38,947 nt of DNA from Candidatus Niyogibacteria bacterium (GCA_016432485.1 CP066691.1:347762-386708), one strand, 5' to 3'; numbered from the stretch's first letter, positions 17,307 to 28,900 are shown. Notes: a model not told the origin generated them from the sequence alone. Numbers and translations are program-made.

Positions 17307-19064
17307 GTGTCCGTAAAAGAAAAAATAATATCTATTTTTCGCAAAAGCCGCGTTTTAAATCCGCCATCGGCTCCAGAGCTTAAACCGGCGCTTAAGAGCA
17401 TGGCGACCAAAGAAAAAGTCGCCCTCCTAATCCTGTTTCTGCTGCTTTTTATCGGCATCCTCGGCACATGGGTAAACCTGCAAAAAAGATTCGCCATGGC
17501 CATTCCAGTGGAGGGTGGAATGCTGCGCGAAGGCGTAATCGGAACTCCATATCTGGTAAATCCAATACTGGCCTCAACCGATGCTGACCGCGATCTTACG
17601 ACATTGATATACGCCGGACTTATGAAATCTGACGGCCTGGGCGGACTTGAAAAAGAATTGGCTGACGACTATTTAGTTTCCGAAGACGGCTTATCATATA
17701 CTTTCACACTGAAAGATAATCTAATCTGGCACGATGAAAAACCTTTAACCTCGGACGATGTGGCTTTTACCGTAAACGCGGCTAAAAACCCGGCGGTAAA
17801 AAGCCCGGTAAGGGCTAATTGGGAAGGAGTGGAAATAGAAATTATTGACCCAAAAACCCTGCGTTTTTTGCTCAAAAAACCATACGCGCCGTTTCTTGAA
17901 AACACCACTATAGGAATCATACCCAAACACCTATGGAAAAATGCATCGCCCGAACAGCTAAGTCTTTCCGAGTTCAACCGCCAGCCAATAGGCGCGGGCC
18001 CCTATGAAATAAATAGCGTCAAACGAAATTCCTCGGGAATAATAACCGCCTACGGCCTAAAATCGTTCAAGGCCTACGCTCTAGGTAAACCATTGATTCC
18101 AAAAATAGAAATGCTGTTTTATAATTCCGAGCCAGAAATGCTCGCTTCTTATGAAATCGGCGGCTTAGATTCTTTGGGGTCGCTATCGGCCGTAAACGCG
18201 TCAAAAATAAGAGGTTCCGAATCAAGCTTAAAAACCCTGATATTACCCAGAATCTTCGGCATATTTTTTAACCAGAATAAATCCGAAGCGACGCGCGACC
18301 AAAAAGTAAGACTGGCTCTGGATATGGCGACCGATAAAGAAAATCTGGTTAAAAACGTATTAAATGGTTTCGGTGTCGCGCTCAGCGGCCCGCTCCCTCC
18401 CGGAATTATAGATATAGATGAAGAACGCGAAACATCATTTGACCCTGAGGGCGCCAAAAATATCCTTGATGAAAACGGCTGGAAACTGAACGAGGAAAGT
18501 GGCATAAGAGAGAAAAACGCCAAGGGGAAAACAACCATTGAATTGTCAGTAGACATTTCAACCGCCAATACTCCGGAGCTGGTCAAAACAGCCGAACTTG
18601 TCAAAAATATGTGGCGGGAAATCGGAGTAAAAATGGAAGTGCGCCTTTTTGAAATCGGAGATTTGAACCAGAGCGTCATCAGGCCGCGCGATTACCAGGG
18701 ATTGCTTTTCGGGCAAGTGGTCGGCAGAGACCCCGATCCTTTCGCTTTTTGGCATTCATCCCAAAGAAACGACCCGGGCCTGAACATTGCGCTTTATGCC
18801 AACAAAACCGTGGATAATATTCTTGAAACGGCCCGAATAACGAACGACGCTGACGGCAGAAAAAATAAGTACGCGGATTTTGAAAAAGAGGTGGCCAAAG
18901 ACGCGCCGGCAACCTTTCTTTATTCGCCGTATTATCTCTACGTCGTCCCCAAGAATTTAAAAGGTTTTGATACCGGAATGATAACGGTTCCGGCAGAAAG
19001 ATTCGCCAACGTGAATAAATGGCATCTTTACACCGCTATGGTATGGAAAATATTAGTGAATTAA
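17307..19064 (+). CDS. ABC transporter substrate-binding protein, family 5 (OppA/DppA-like), N-terminal TM anchor
   Basis: NPILA...LIYAGL, YTFTLK....WHD.KPLTSDDVAFT, PIGAGPY, RDPDPFAFWHSSQ; GTG start. Confidence 0.92.
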   Translation: MSVKEKIISIFRKSRVLNPPSAPELKPALKSMATKEKVALLILFLLLFIGILGTWVNLQKRFAMAIPVEGGMLREGVIGTPYLVNPILASTDADRDLTTLIYAGLMKSDGLGGLEKELADDYLVSEDGLSYTFTLKDNLIWHDEKPLTSDDVAFTVNAAKNPAVKSPVRANWEGVEIEIIDPKTLRFLLKKPYAPFLENTTIGIIPKHLWKNASPEQLSLSEFNRQPIGAGPYEINSVKRNSSGIITAYGLKSFKAYALGKPLIPKIEMLFYNSEPEMLASYEIGGLDSLGSLSAVNASKIRGSESSLKTLILPRIFGIFFNQNKSEATRDQKVRLALDMATDKENLVKNVLNGFGVALSGPLPPGIIDIDEERETSFDPEGAKNILDENGWKLNEESGIREKNAKGKTTIELSVDISTANTPELVKTAELVKNMWREIGVKMEVRLFEIGDLNQSVIRPRDYQGLLFGQVVGRDPDPFAFWHSSQRNDPGLNIALYANKTVDNILETARITNDADGRKNKYADFEKEVAKDAPATFLYSPYYLYVVPKNLKGFDTGMITVPAERFANVNKWHLYTAMVWKILVN

Positions 19065-19087
19065 AATCTTAAATCTCCAAAATTTAC

Positions 19088-19171
19088 GCCCCCGTGGTGG
19101 AACTGGCAGACACGCAGCGTTCAGGACGCTGTTCCCGCAAGGGAGTAGAGGTTCAAATCCTCTCGGGGGCA
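19088..19171 (+). tRNA. tRNA-Leu(CAG), CCA not encoded
   Basis: GCCCCCG/CGGGGGC acceptor stem, anticodon arm CAGCG-TTCAGGA-CGCTG, variable arm, GGTTCAAATCC T arm. Confidence 0.95.
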
Positions 19172-19248
19172 CTAAATTCTGGCAGATAAAAATTTCATAA
19201 AAACAATTAATAAAATCATAAAAAATTAAAAAATAATAAAAACAACCA

Positions 19249-21036
19249 ATGATAAGAGAAAATAGGGAAAGAAGGCCGGTTTCCGCGAAAAGAGGAGGAC
19301 ACCGAAAAACAAGATCGAATTTTGTTTATCAAAATGGAAACGGCCAGCAAAAAAAATTCATACCGCCGGCCAAACCAGGCGTATTAAGAATAATCGCTCT
19401 GGGAGGATTTGCGGAAGTCGGACGCAATATGATGTTTTTTGAATATGGCGGCGATATTTTAATAATAGATATGGGACTTCAGTTTCCGGACGAAAATATG
19501 CACGGCGTTGACTACATCATCCCCAACATTTCATATCTGGAAAATAAAAAGGACAGAATAAGAGGCGTAATAATCACGCACGGACATTACGACCATATAG
19601 GCGCCGTACCGCAGCTGATGAGCAAACTTGGTAATCCCACGATTTATACCACACGACTAACGGCAGCCATAATCCAAAAACGCCAGGAAGACTACCCTTA
19701 TTCGCCGAAGCTGGACATTGAATATATTAATGAAAAAACCGAAACAAAACTCGGCGTGTTTACGATTCGTTATTTTCCGGTAACCCACAATATTCCCGAG
19801 GGCGTCGGACTTGAAATAGAAACGCCTGTCGGAATAATCGCGCACCCGGGGGAATTTAAATTCTTCTATGACCGAAAATTAGAACCTTTGGGACTTGAAC
19901 CGTTTAGACAGCTCGGCAAAAAAAATGTCCGGCTTTTGATGCTGGACAGCACCAAATCGGAAGAACCCGGACGTTCAGTGCCCGAATGGCAGGTTGAAGA
20001 AAACATAGAAGAATTGCTGAAAAAAGCAGGCGGCCGCGTGATTGTTTCAACTTTTGCCTCGCTCCTGGACCGCCTCACCCAAATAGTCCACATTGCCGAT
20101 AAGCTCGGACGAAAAGTGGCCGTAACCGGAAGAAGCATGCAGACCAACCTTGCCATAGCCCAAGAACTCGGCCTTATTAAATTAAAAAGAAAAACCATAA
20201 TCCCGATAAAAGAAATAGACGACCATCCTGACGATAAAATTGTCATCATCACCACCGGCGCTCAAGGAGAAGAAAACGCCGGGTTAACCCGTATGGCCTC
20301 CGGCTCTCACCGCGAAGTCAGGATTAAGCCGACCGATACGGTAATATTTTCTTCGTCCATCGTCCCCGGAAACGAAATGTACGTCCAGACGCTTCGCGAT
20401 AATCTGGCCCGACAAGGAGCCATAGTTTATCATTATAAGATTTTCGGCATTCACTCGGGAGGACACGCCACCAGAATAGAACTAAAAGAAACAATGGAGA
20501 TTGTTAAACCGCAATGTTTCCTGCCGATACACGGGTTCTTTTATATGAGGGCGGTCAATGCCAAGCTGGCGGAAGAAGCCGGAATTAACCCGAAAAATGT
20601 AGTGGTTCCGGACAACGGCCAGATTCTGGAACTGACCAAAGATTCCATTAAACTGCTGGACGAAAAAGTGCCGACTAATTACGTTATGGTGGACGGCCTG
20701 GGCGTTGGCGACGTTAAAGAGGTGGTTTTGCGCGACCGCCAGATGCTCGCGGCCGACGGCATATTCGTAATCATTGCCGTAGTTGACGCCCAATCGGGAA
20801 AAGTCCGCGGGTCGCCGGATATAATTTCCCGCGGGTTCGTATATCTTCGCGAATCAAAAGATCTTCTGCATCAAACCAGACTGATAACCAAAAAAATAGT
20901 TGAAAATGCCGCCCAAAATATGCACCCCATAAATTGGGCCTGGGTAAAAGATAACCTTCGAGACGATGTCGGCAAATTCCTTTTCCAAAAAACTCATCGG
21001 CGGCCGATGGTGTTACCCGTGGTGATTGAAGTATAA
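19249..21036 (+). CDS. rnj: Ribonuclease J
   Basis: ALGGFAEVGRNM, THGHYDHIG, beta-CASP STFAS, HSGGH, C-terminal RRPMVLPVVIEV; basic N-terminal extension. Confidence 0.97.
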   Translation: MIRENRERRPVSAKRGGHRKTRSNFVYQNGNGQQKKFIPPAKPGVLRIIALGGFAEVGRNMMFFEYGGDILIIDMGLQFPDENMHGVDYIIPNISYLENKKDRIRGVIITHGHYDHIGAVPQLMSKLGNPTIYTTRLTAAIIQKRQEDYPYSPKLDIEYINEKTETKLGVFTIRYFPVTHNIPEGVGLEIETPVGIIAHPGEFKFFYDRKLEPLGLEPFRQLGKKNVRLLMLDSTKSEEPGRSVPEWQVEENIEELLKKAGGRVIVSTFASLLDRLTQIVHIADKLGRKVAVTGRSMQTNLAIAQELGLIKLKRKTIIPIKEIDDHPDDKIVIITTGAQGEENAGLTRMASGSHREVRIKPTDTVIFSSSIVPGNEMYVQTLRDNLARQGAIVYHYKIFGIHSGGHATRIELKETMEIVKPQCFLPIHGFFYMRAVNAKLAEEAGINPKNVVVPDNGQILELTKDSIKLLDEKVPTNYVMVDGLGVGDVKEVVLRDRQMLAADGIFVIIAVVDAQSGKVRGSPDIISRGFVYLRESKDLLHQTRLITKKIVENAAQNMHPINWAWVKDNLRDDVGKFLFQKTHRRPMVLPVVIEV

Positions 21037-21123
21037 AAATCTTGACAATTTAATTTGTCTATACCATACTATTACCGGATGAAACGGGGCCGTTGTTATT
21101 AACCCATTCGGAGGGACAAAGCC

Positions 21124-21462
21124 ATGGAGTCTATGCTGAATTTTTTCAGCTTCCCCGAAATGTCTGTTTGGCTGCCGCCATTAAAAGCGACGGGTGTAAC
21201 GATATTGATATTTCTTTTTTTCTACGTTATCTCTAAAATTTTAGACGACGGCAATCTGAACAAGTTGGTAAAAAATGAAATAATCATAGGCAACCTTCAT
21301 TCTCGTTTGGAAGTTTTATCGGCCTTAACGACCGAAAAAAACGCGCTATTGGAAACGCTAATCAAAAACAGGCCGAAGGCCCTGCCAACCAAAGAGGCAT
21401 CAAGATTTGCAAGAGTGCAACAAGAGGCACGGGAAGTTATTCTGAGCCTTAGAAAACACTAA
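21124..21462 (+). CDS. Hypothetical single-TM protein
   Basis: 112 aa with a GGAGG SD, its own TTGACA-17-CATACT promoter (21042-21070) and a terminator. Confidence 0.75.
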   Translation: MESMLNFFSFPEMSVWLPPLKATGVTILIFLFFYVISKILDDGNLNKLVKNEIIIGNLHSRLEVLSALTTEKNALLETLIKNRPKALPTKEASRFARVQQEAREVILSLRKH

Positions 21463-21484
21463 AAAAACGGCCCGATGTAATCCG

Positions 21485-21520
21485 GCCTCAGCGCCCCAAA
21501 AGCGCTGAGGCAATTTTTTT
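21485..21520 (+). terminator. Intrinsic terminator
   Basis: GCCTCAGCGC/GCGCTGAGGC 10-bp stem followed by a T-rich tract. Confidence 0.8.
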
Positions 21521-21606
21521 ATTTTATCATTTCTGCACGATCGTTTTTTTTTGATGAAATAGATTTTTAACCTGCGGGGCTTATAATTTTTGGCTAATCA
21601 ACACTC

Positions 21607-21634
21607 TTGACAAATCATGTGTATTTGCTATAAT
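21607..21634 (+). promoter_or_regulatory. Consensus sigma70 promoter
   Basis: TTGACA-16-(TGc)TATAAT upstream of 21706. Confidence 0.75.
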
Positions 21635-21705
21635 GAGGAAAGTAAAAAATAGGTAAGGAAACGGCTCTTTTAACCAACGCGCCATGAGCGCGGAAAGGAA
21701 AAAAA

Positions 21706-22173
21706 ATGAACGGGTTGTGGCGGGTATACAGTACGGTGATCTTTGTTTTTCAAGCGATCGTCGGCGGCGTCACTTTTTACTTGACGGGGGGTTGTTATAT
21801 CGGGATTGCCCTAGCAGTCACCACGGCCGCCACGTGCATCTTATGGTTCATCACGTACTACCTCAGGTTCTTAATCGCAAGCTTTGCTGTGTCCGTCGCG
21901 GCCGCAACGACCCTTGCGGCCGCGTTCGCTTTCTTCCCCCCACCCTCCGGCCCATCAACCGGAATTGCTGTGTTTCTTGCCTCAATTGCCGCGATCAACG
22001 CTATATCCGCCGCGTTCTACGCGAAAAGAACATGCACATACAAAGAATGCGGGGAAGTTAAGGAGAGCTTTTTAGCGCGTCTCCTTATCCTTTTGCCCTT
22101 GGGCGTGGGAACGTTTTTCGGTTTAGCGATTTACCTTTACGGGAAGTTTCGCCGACAGCATATCGCGGTCTGA
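21706..22173 (+). CDS. Hypothetical polytopic membrane protein
   Basis: 155 aa, 4-5 hydrophobic helices, promoter, AAGGA SD and terminator. Confidence 0.75.
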   Translation: MNGLWRVYSTVIFVFQAIVGGVTFYLTGGCYIGIALAVTTAATCILWFITYYLRFLIASFAVSVAAATTLAAAFAFFPPPSGPSTGIAVFLASIAAINAISAAFYAKRTCTYKECGEVKESFLARLLILLPLGVGTFFGLAIYLYGKFRRQHIAV

Positions 22174-22188
22174 CGGCCGCGTAAATCC

Positions 22189-22220
22189 GCAGGGAGTCCG
22201 AAAGGACCCCTGCTTTTTTT
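22189..22220 (+). terminator. Intrinsic terminator with a GAAA loop
   Basis: GCAGGG(A)GTCC-GAAA-GGACCCCTGC plus T7, between convergent genes. Confidence 0.8.
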
Positions 22221-22228
22221 ATGTAATT

Positions 22229-25200
22229 TTAATTTTTAGTCGCGCTTTTCGCCTCTTCTTCTTCCGATTCCGCAGGAGCATAAATCTCGCCGAAGTCCTT
22301 TCTGAAGCCGGTTCCGGCGGGAATGATGCGGCCGATTATGACATTCTCTTTCAAGCCCCTTAATTTATCTTCTTTGCCTTCAAGGGCCGCGGAAATCAGA
22401 ACACGGGTCGTTTCTTGGAACGAGGCCGCGGCCAAAAAGCTGGACGACGCCAAAGCCGAGCGCGTAATGCCTAAAGGATGCAATTCCGTCTTAGCCGGCT
22501 TGGCGCCTTTAGATAATTTTTTATTCATTTCGATGATTTCGGCGTTTTCAACCACTTCACCCACGGAAAAATCAGTATCGCCGGGGTCAACCACCCTTAC
22601 CCGAGAAAACATTTGTTTAACTATCAATTCAATATGCTTAAAATTGGTGGAACTGCCTTGCGAAGCGTAAATATACGAAATGCCGGAAATAATATAATTC
22701 TGCGTCTCCTCTGCCCCGGCCAGATTAAATAACTCATGCAAATCAACCGCGCCATCAGAAAGTCTGGACCCCCGTTTTACCAAAGACGCTTTTGCCACCA
22801 GGATAGACCGGCCGAAAGGCACCCTGTATTCTTTTACCTCCTCTTTCTTGGCTTTTTTGGCCTGCTGGTCTATCAAAATCTTTATAATTTTATCCCGCTC
22901 GTTTTCCGTAATTTCCAAAACCGTGCCGTCATATTCGGAAAGTATTGCCGGACTTGCCGGAGAACGCATCTCAAACAATTCCTCAACTCTGGGCAGTCCG
23001 AGAGTTATGTCTCCGCCGGTGGCCACGCCTCCTGTATGAAAAGTGCGCATAGTCAGCTGCGTTCCCGGCTCTCCAATGGCTTGAGCCGCGACCACTCCGA
23101 CCGCTTCTCCGAGCCTGACCACTTCATTGGTTCCAAGATCGTAACCGTAGCATTGCTGGCATATGCCGCGAAGAGTTTTACAAGCCAGGGGGCTGCGCAA
23201 ATAAACTTCGTCAATTTCTGAGCGCTCCATCAAATCGGCATCATCAAAATTCAAAAGACGTCCTTTCTTGAAAAGAGTTTTTCCGTGTTTATCTTTAGCG
23301 TCATGCGCCAAAACTCTGCCGAAAACCCGGTTGGCAAATCCGCGGCCGTAATCATCTGAATCCTTGCGACTTACCCTCAAACCGGAAGCGTCCTTGCAAT
23401 CTTCTTCCCGAACAATCATGTCCTGGGCCACGTCAACCAGACGACGAGTAAGGTGCCCGGCTACCGAGGTCTTCAAAGCCGTATCGGCCGTGCCTTTTCT
23501 GGCTCCGTGAGTGGCGATAAAGTATTCCAAAACGCCGAGACCTTCTTTGTAATTGGAAATTATCGGGAGCTCTATAATGCGTCCGGCGGGGTTCCTTACA
23601 AGACCCTTCATGCCGGCCATCTGAGAAACCTGCGCCCAGGTTCCTCGGGCCGCCGAAGAAACCATGGTGAAAACCGAACCCAAATTATCCAGTGTTTTAG
23701 GCACAAGCTCGTTAACTTGCTGCATAACACCGTTCCAAATCTCAACTACTTTTTTATATCTGTCTTCTTCGGTCAAAAGGCCGTCAGAATATTGTTCCTC
23801 GACTTTAGTTTCTTCAAGCCGCGCTCCGTCAATAATGCCCTTTTTCTCTTCAGGAATTTTCAAATCGTCCATTCCCCAAGACACGCCCGAAATCGTGGCA
23901 TATTTAAAACCAAAGTCTTTTATTTTATCCAGAATCGCGGGTAATGCTTCTCTGCCATAATGGGCTATCAACATGCCGACAATGCGGCCCAAATCCTTTT
24001 TACTTACCTCGCTATTTATGAAAGAAAAATCTCCGGGCAAGGCGCTGTTAAAAAGAAGACGTCCTACCGAAGTTTCAAAGAAAAATTCTCCCTCATTTAC
24101 AACATCCCTATATTTTGGCGTATCAGTAACGCTAACTTTAATTTTGGCTCTTAAATCCACTGCTCCAAATTCATATGAAAGTATGGCCTCATTGGGGCTT
24201 GAAAACACCCCGGCTTCGCCTTTAGCTCCGGGCAAAATTCTGGTCAGCCAATAAATTCCCAAAACCATGTCCTGGGTCGGGTTGACTATCGGCTCGCCGC
24301 TTCCGGGTTTGGTTAAATTCCGAATAGACCACATCAAGTCTTCGGCTTCTTTTTGAGCTTGGTCAGTTAAAGGAACGTGAACCGCCATTTGGTCGCCGTC
24401 AAAATCGGCATTATAAGCCTGACAGACCAGAGGGTGGACCTGAATGGCATTTCCCTCAATCAATACCGGCTGGAACGCCTGAATACCCAGACGGTGCAAA
24501 GTCGGCGCGCGGTTCAGTAAAACTAATTTCTTTTTAATAACTTCTTCAAGGGCGGCCCAGACATCGGGCGTCGGCTCGTCTATCATTTTATTGGCTCCCC
24601 TGATATTGTGCGCGAATCCCTGAATTATGAGTTTGGAAATCACAAGCGGCCTGAAAAGCTCAAGCGCCATATGTTTCGGCAAACCGCATTGATGCAATTT
24701 CAATTCCGGACCGACAACGATAACCGACCGCCCCGAATAATCCACGCGCTTGCCCAAAAGATTCTGACGGAACCTGCCTTGCTTGCCTCTCAAAGCATCA
24801 GCCAAAGATTTCAACGCCCTCTTTTGCGCTTGGGCCGTTACTGCCGAGTGTCCGCGCCTAATGCTGTTGTCAAAAAGAGCGTCAACCGCCTCCTGCAGCA
24901 TTCTTTTTTCATTGCGGACAATAACTTCCGGAGCCGAAAGTTCAAGTAATTTTTTAAGGCGGTTATTCCTGTTTATAACTCGGCGGTATAAATCGTTTAC
25001 GTCCGAAGTCGCGTGCCTTCCGCCGTCAAGCGGCACCATGGGACGAAGCGCCGGAGGTGTTACGGGAATTACGGTCAAAAACATCCATTCGGGCCGAATG
25101 CCCGCGCGTATAAAACCTTTTATCAAAGCCAACCGTTTTAATATCTTTCTTTTTTCCTGCAATTCGCTTTCTTCAAATCTTGCCTCCAGATCGTCCCGCG

Positions 25201-25885
25201 TTTTTTTCAGGTCCATATCTTTGGCCAAACGATGCAAAGCTTCAGCGCCTATGCCGGCCTCAAAAATATCCCCGTATTTCAGGCTCAAACGATGATACTC
25301 AACTTCAGAAATAATCTGCTGGGGCTTCATATTTTCCAATTCGGCCTTTGTTCTTGAATACGCGTCTTTGAGCCTGTTCGTTTCGTCTTTTTTGGAAACG
25401 GCTTTAGATTTTTGTTTGTATTCTTTTTCAAGCTCGTTTAATTTCTGGGCTCTGGCTTCCTCATCCACTTTTATGATTATGTAGCTTGCGAAATAAATAA
25501 CTTTTTCAAGATCGGGCAGAGTTAAATCAAAAAGAAGCCCGATTCTTGAAGGAACCCCGCGCAAAAACCAAATGTGCGCCACCGGTCCGGCCAAACCTAT
25601 ATGCCCCATTCTTTCGCGCCTGACTATGGATCTGGTCACTTCAACTCCGCACTTATCACAAACTATGCCCTTGTAGCGAACCCGCCGGTATTTTCCGCAA
25701 TAACATTCATAATCTTTTTCCGGCCCGAAAATACGCTCGTCAAAAAGACCGTCCTTCTCGGCGCGTTGAGTCCGGTAATTAATCGTTTCGGGCTTCGTCA
25801 CTTCGCCCCTGGACCATTCCAGCATGCGCTCGGGTGAAGCCACCTTTAAAATTATAGATTGAAAATCAGTTGCTTTTGTTTCCAT
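22229..25885 (-). CDS. rpoC: DNA-directed RNA polymerase subunit beta'
   Basis: KPETINYRT, Zn ribbon, NADFDGDQMAVH active site, QLTMRTFHTGG. Confidence 0.99.
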   Translation of the reverse strand: METKATDFQSIILKVASPERMLEWSRGEVTKPETINYRTQRAEKDGLFDERIFGPEKDYECYCGKYRRVRYKGIVCDKCGVEVTRSIVRRERMGHIGLAGPVAHIWFLRGVPSRIGLLFDLTLPDLEKVIYFASYIIIKVDEEARAQKLNELEKEYKQKSKAVSKKDETNRLKDAYSRTKAELENMKPQQIISEVEYHRLSLKYGDIFEAGIGAEALHRLAKDMDLKKTRDDLEARFEESELQEKRKILKRLALIKGFIRAGIRPEWMFLTVIPVTPPALRPMVPLDGGRHATSDVNDLYRRVINRNNRLKKLLELSAPEVIVRNEKRMLQEAVDALFDNSIRRGHSAVTAQAQKRALKSLADALRGKQGRFRQNLLGKRVDYSGRSVIVVGPELKLHQCGLPKHMALELFRPLVISKLIIQGFAHNIRGANKMIDEPTPDVWAALEEVIKKKLVLLNRAPTLHRLGIQAFQPVLIEGNAIQVHPLVCQAYNADFDGDQMAVHVPLTDQAQKEAEDLMWSIRNLTKPGSGEPIVNPTQDMVLGIYWLTRILPGAKGEAGVFSSPNEAILSYEFGAVDLRAKIKVSVTDTPKYRDVVNEGEFFFETSVGRLLFNSALPGDFSFINSEVSKKDLGRIVGMLIAHYGREALPAILDKIKDFGFKYATISGVSWGMDDLKIPEEKKGIIDGARLEETKVEEQYSDGLLTEEDRYKKVVEIWNGVMQQVNELVPKTLDNLGSVFTMVSSAARGTWAQVSQMAGMKGLVRNPAGRIIELPIISNYKEGLGVLEYFIATHGARKGTADTALKTSVAGHLTRRLVDVAQDMIVREEDCKDASGLRVSRKDSDDYGRGFANRVFGRVLAHDAKDKHGKTLFKKGRLLNFDDADLMERSEIDEVYLRSPLACKTLRGICQQCYGYDLGTNEVVRLGEAVGVVAAQAIGEPGTQLTMRTFHTGGVATGGDITLGLPRVEELFEMRSPASPAILSEYDGTVLEITENERDKIIKILIDQQAKKAKKEEVKEYRVPFGRSILVAKASLVKRGSRLSDGAVDLHELFNLAGAEETQNYIISGISYIYASQGSSTNFKHIELIVKQMFSRVRVVDPGDTDFSVGEVVENAEIIEMNKKLSKGAKPAKTELHPLGITRSALASSSFLAAASFQETTRVLISAALEGKEDKLRGLKENVIIGRIIPAGTGFRKDFGEIYAPAESEEEEAKSATKN

Positions 25886-25903
25886 TGGTTTTTATTTATT
25901 TTT

Positions 25904-28900
25904 TTAAGCCTCTTCGGAAGAAACCGAGTTTAAAACCTCGCCCTCCCGAACGGCCTTTCGGGTTCTGGCGGCGATTGATTCTTTCAAACCGATTAAATCT
26001 ATGTCCAAGGCCAAACCTCTCAACTCGTTTAAAAGCACGTGGAAAGACGCCGGCACGTTAGGAGTTTTAAAGGGTTCGCCTCGAACCATCGCGTCATAAG
26101 CCGCCGAGCGTCCCAGGACGTCATCGGATTTTATGGTCAGCATCTCCTGCAAAACATGCGCCGCGCCGTAACCCTCCAGGGCCCAGACTTCCATTTCGCC
26201 GAAACGCTGTCCGCCTCCCTGCGCCTTGCCGCCCAAAGGCTGTTGAGTGATTAAAGAATACGGGCCGATTGAACGCATATGTATTTTATCCTCAACCATG
26301 TGATTGAGTTTAAGCATATAGATTTGGCCGACAGTCACCGGCTGGTCAAAGGATTCGCCGGTTCTCCCGTCAAAAAGTTTAACTTTACCGGATGCCGGAA
26401 TACCGGCTTTTTTAAGCTCCTCCCTGATTTCTTCCTCCGTGGCTCCGCGAAAAGCCGGGGTAATCGCCTGATAGCCCAATTTTTCAGCAGCCCACCCAAG
26501 ATGCGTTTCCATAATCTGGCCGACGTTCATGCGTCCCGCAACTCCAAGCGGGTTCAAAATGATGTCCACAGACGTGCCGTCCTCCAAAAGAGGCATATCC
26601 TCAACCGGAAGTATTTTTGAAATAACCCCTTTATTTCCGTGGCGTCCGGCAAGTTTATCGCCGACTGAAATTTTTCTGACCTCAGCCACTTCAATCTGAA
26701 TTTGTTTTATTATGCCTGTTTCAAGCGGATCTCCTTTTTCGCGCGAAAATATTTTCACTCCTACCACCCGACCTTTGCGGCCGTGAGGCATGCGAAGCGA
26801 TGTGTCTTTAACTTCTCTGGCTTTCTCTCCGAAAATAGCGCGCAAAAGCCTTTCTTCCGGAGTAAGATCGGCCTCTCCTTTTGGCGTAATCTTGCCGACC
26901 AAAATGTCTCCGGCCGTAATTTCAGCGCCTATACGCACAATGCCTTCTTCGTCTAAATCTTTTAATTTATCTTCGCCGACATTCGGAATATCGTAGGTTG
27001 TTATTTCCGGACCAAGTTTGGTGTCTCTGACCGCCGCGCTGAAATCCATAATATGGACCGACGTAAAAATATCTCTTTGAACCAATTTCTCCGAAATAAT
27101 CACCGCGTCTTCAAAATTAGCTCCGCCCCATGAAAGAAAAGCGACCAGAACGTTTTGGCCCAAAGCCAATTGTCCCGAATCAGAAGAAGAAACGTCGGAT
27201 AAGATGTCTCCTTTTTTAACTTTATCGCCGACGTTAACAAGCGGCCTTTGGGTGATGGTTGTAAAATCGTTGGAACGAAGATAATTTATGAGTTTATATG
27301 TTTTTTCTTTTTTGCCGGATTTAACCACAATTGTTGAAGCGTCTGATTTTTTGACCGCGCCGTCGTCGGTGGCAATAACCAAACGCCCCGAGTCCCGGGC
27401 GGCCACCCCCTCAACGCCGGTGGCAACAAGCGGAAATTGCGGCTGAACGCAAGGCACGGCTTGCCTCTGCATGTTGGAACCCATCATGGCGCGGTTAGCG
27501 TCATCATGGTCCAGAAAAGGAATAAGACTGGTTGAAATACTAAAGGCCTGAGTCGGCGAAACATCAAGAAAATCCACGGTCTCGCGCTTTATAATAGTGG
27601 GATAACCCTTCACCCTTGCTTCAACATCTTCATCCAAAATAACCCCCTGATCGTCATACCTGACCGAAGATGAGGCAATATTAAATTTAACTTCATCAAA
27701 AGCGTTTAAATAAATTATTTCTTTGGTTATCACTCCTTTTTTAACCTTGGCGTAAGGAGTTTCAAGTATGCCTAAACTATTAATACGGGTAAAACTTGAA
27801 AGATGCACTACCAGGCCGATGTTCGGACCTTCCGGAGTCTGAATCGGACAAATTCTGCCGTAATGCGACGGGTGAACGTCGCGTACTTCAAAACCAGCGC
27901 GTTCTTTAGTCAAACCTCCCGGACCCATGGCCGTAAGCCGGCGCAAATGTTCAAGTTCGGTCAAAATATTTTCCTGACGCATATACTGCGAAAGCTGGGA
28001 AGTTGTAAAGAATTCCTTAACAGCGGCCATAAACGGGCGGGCGTTAATCAGCTGTGCCGGAGTCAAAGTATTGATATCCAAAGTGGACATGCGATCCTGG
28101 ATTGTGCGCTTCATACGCATTATTCCGATTCGTAATTTATTCTGAAGCATCTCTCCGACTCCGCGCAAACGCCTGTTGCCTAAATGATCTATGTCATCGG
28201 GAAGAGCGGAAGGGTCATTATTCATCTTTATGATTTGGGACACTACATCCACTATGTCGGCCAAAGACAAAATCCTTGATTCAGCGCGGCTCTTTTCGGA
28301 TATGCCCAGGCGCGCGCTCATTTTATGCCGGCCTACGGCCGAAAGGTCATAGCGGTCGGAAGAAAACAAACCCTCTAAAAGCCCACGGGCCGTATCAACC
28401 GTGGCTAATTCGCCGGGCCTTAATCGTTTGTATATTTCAACATAAGCCTCATCGGTGTCGTGAGTTGAATCTTTTTCAAGGGTGCGCAAAATATATGATT
28501 CGCCGCCGTTATCAACCGCGCTGAATTCTTTTTTAATCCCTTCGTCGTCGGCAAGGCCAAGCATGCGCAAAAGCGCGGTAATCGCTATTTTTCTTTTGCG
28601 GTCTATTCTGACGTATATGGCGCCGTCCGGTTCGGTGGCGATCTCAAGCCAGGCGCCGCGGGATGGAATGATTTTAGCGCCGAAAAGCTTTCGACCGCCG
28701 TGAGCATCGGCAGTGAAATATAAACCGAAAGAACGGGCTAAAAGAGATACGACAACGCGCTCCACTCCGTTGACGACAAAAGTGCCCCTGGGCGTCATCA
28801 ACGGCATATCGGTTAAAAATATTTCCTGTTCTTTTATCTCTTTAGTGCGTTTATTGGTCAGGCGCGCCCGAAAACGCAGAGGCGCCTCATATGACAAATT

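Noticed and set aside
19172-19174. tRNA-Leu lacking encoded CCA as a sign of a pseudo-tRNA or integration scar
   Set aside because: Non-templated CCA addition is normal, the stems are intact, and no duplicated 3' fragment was seen.
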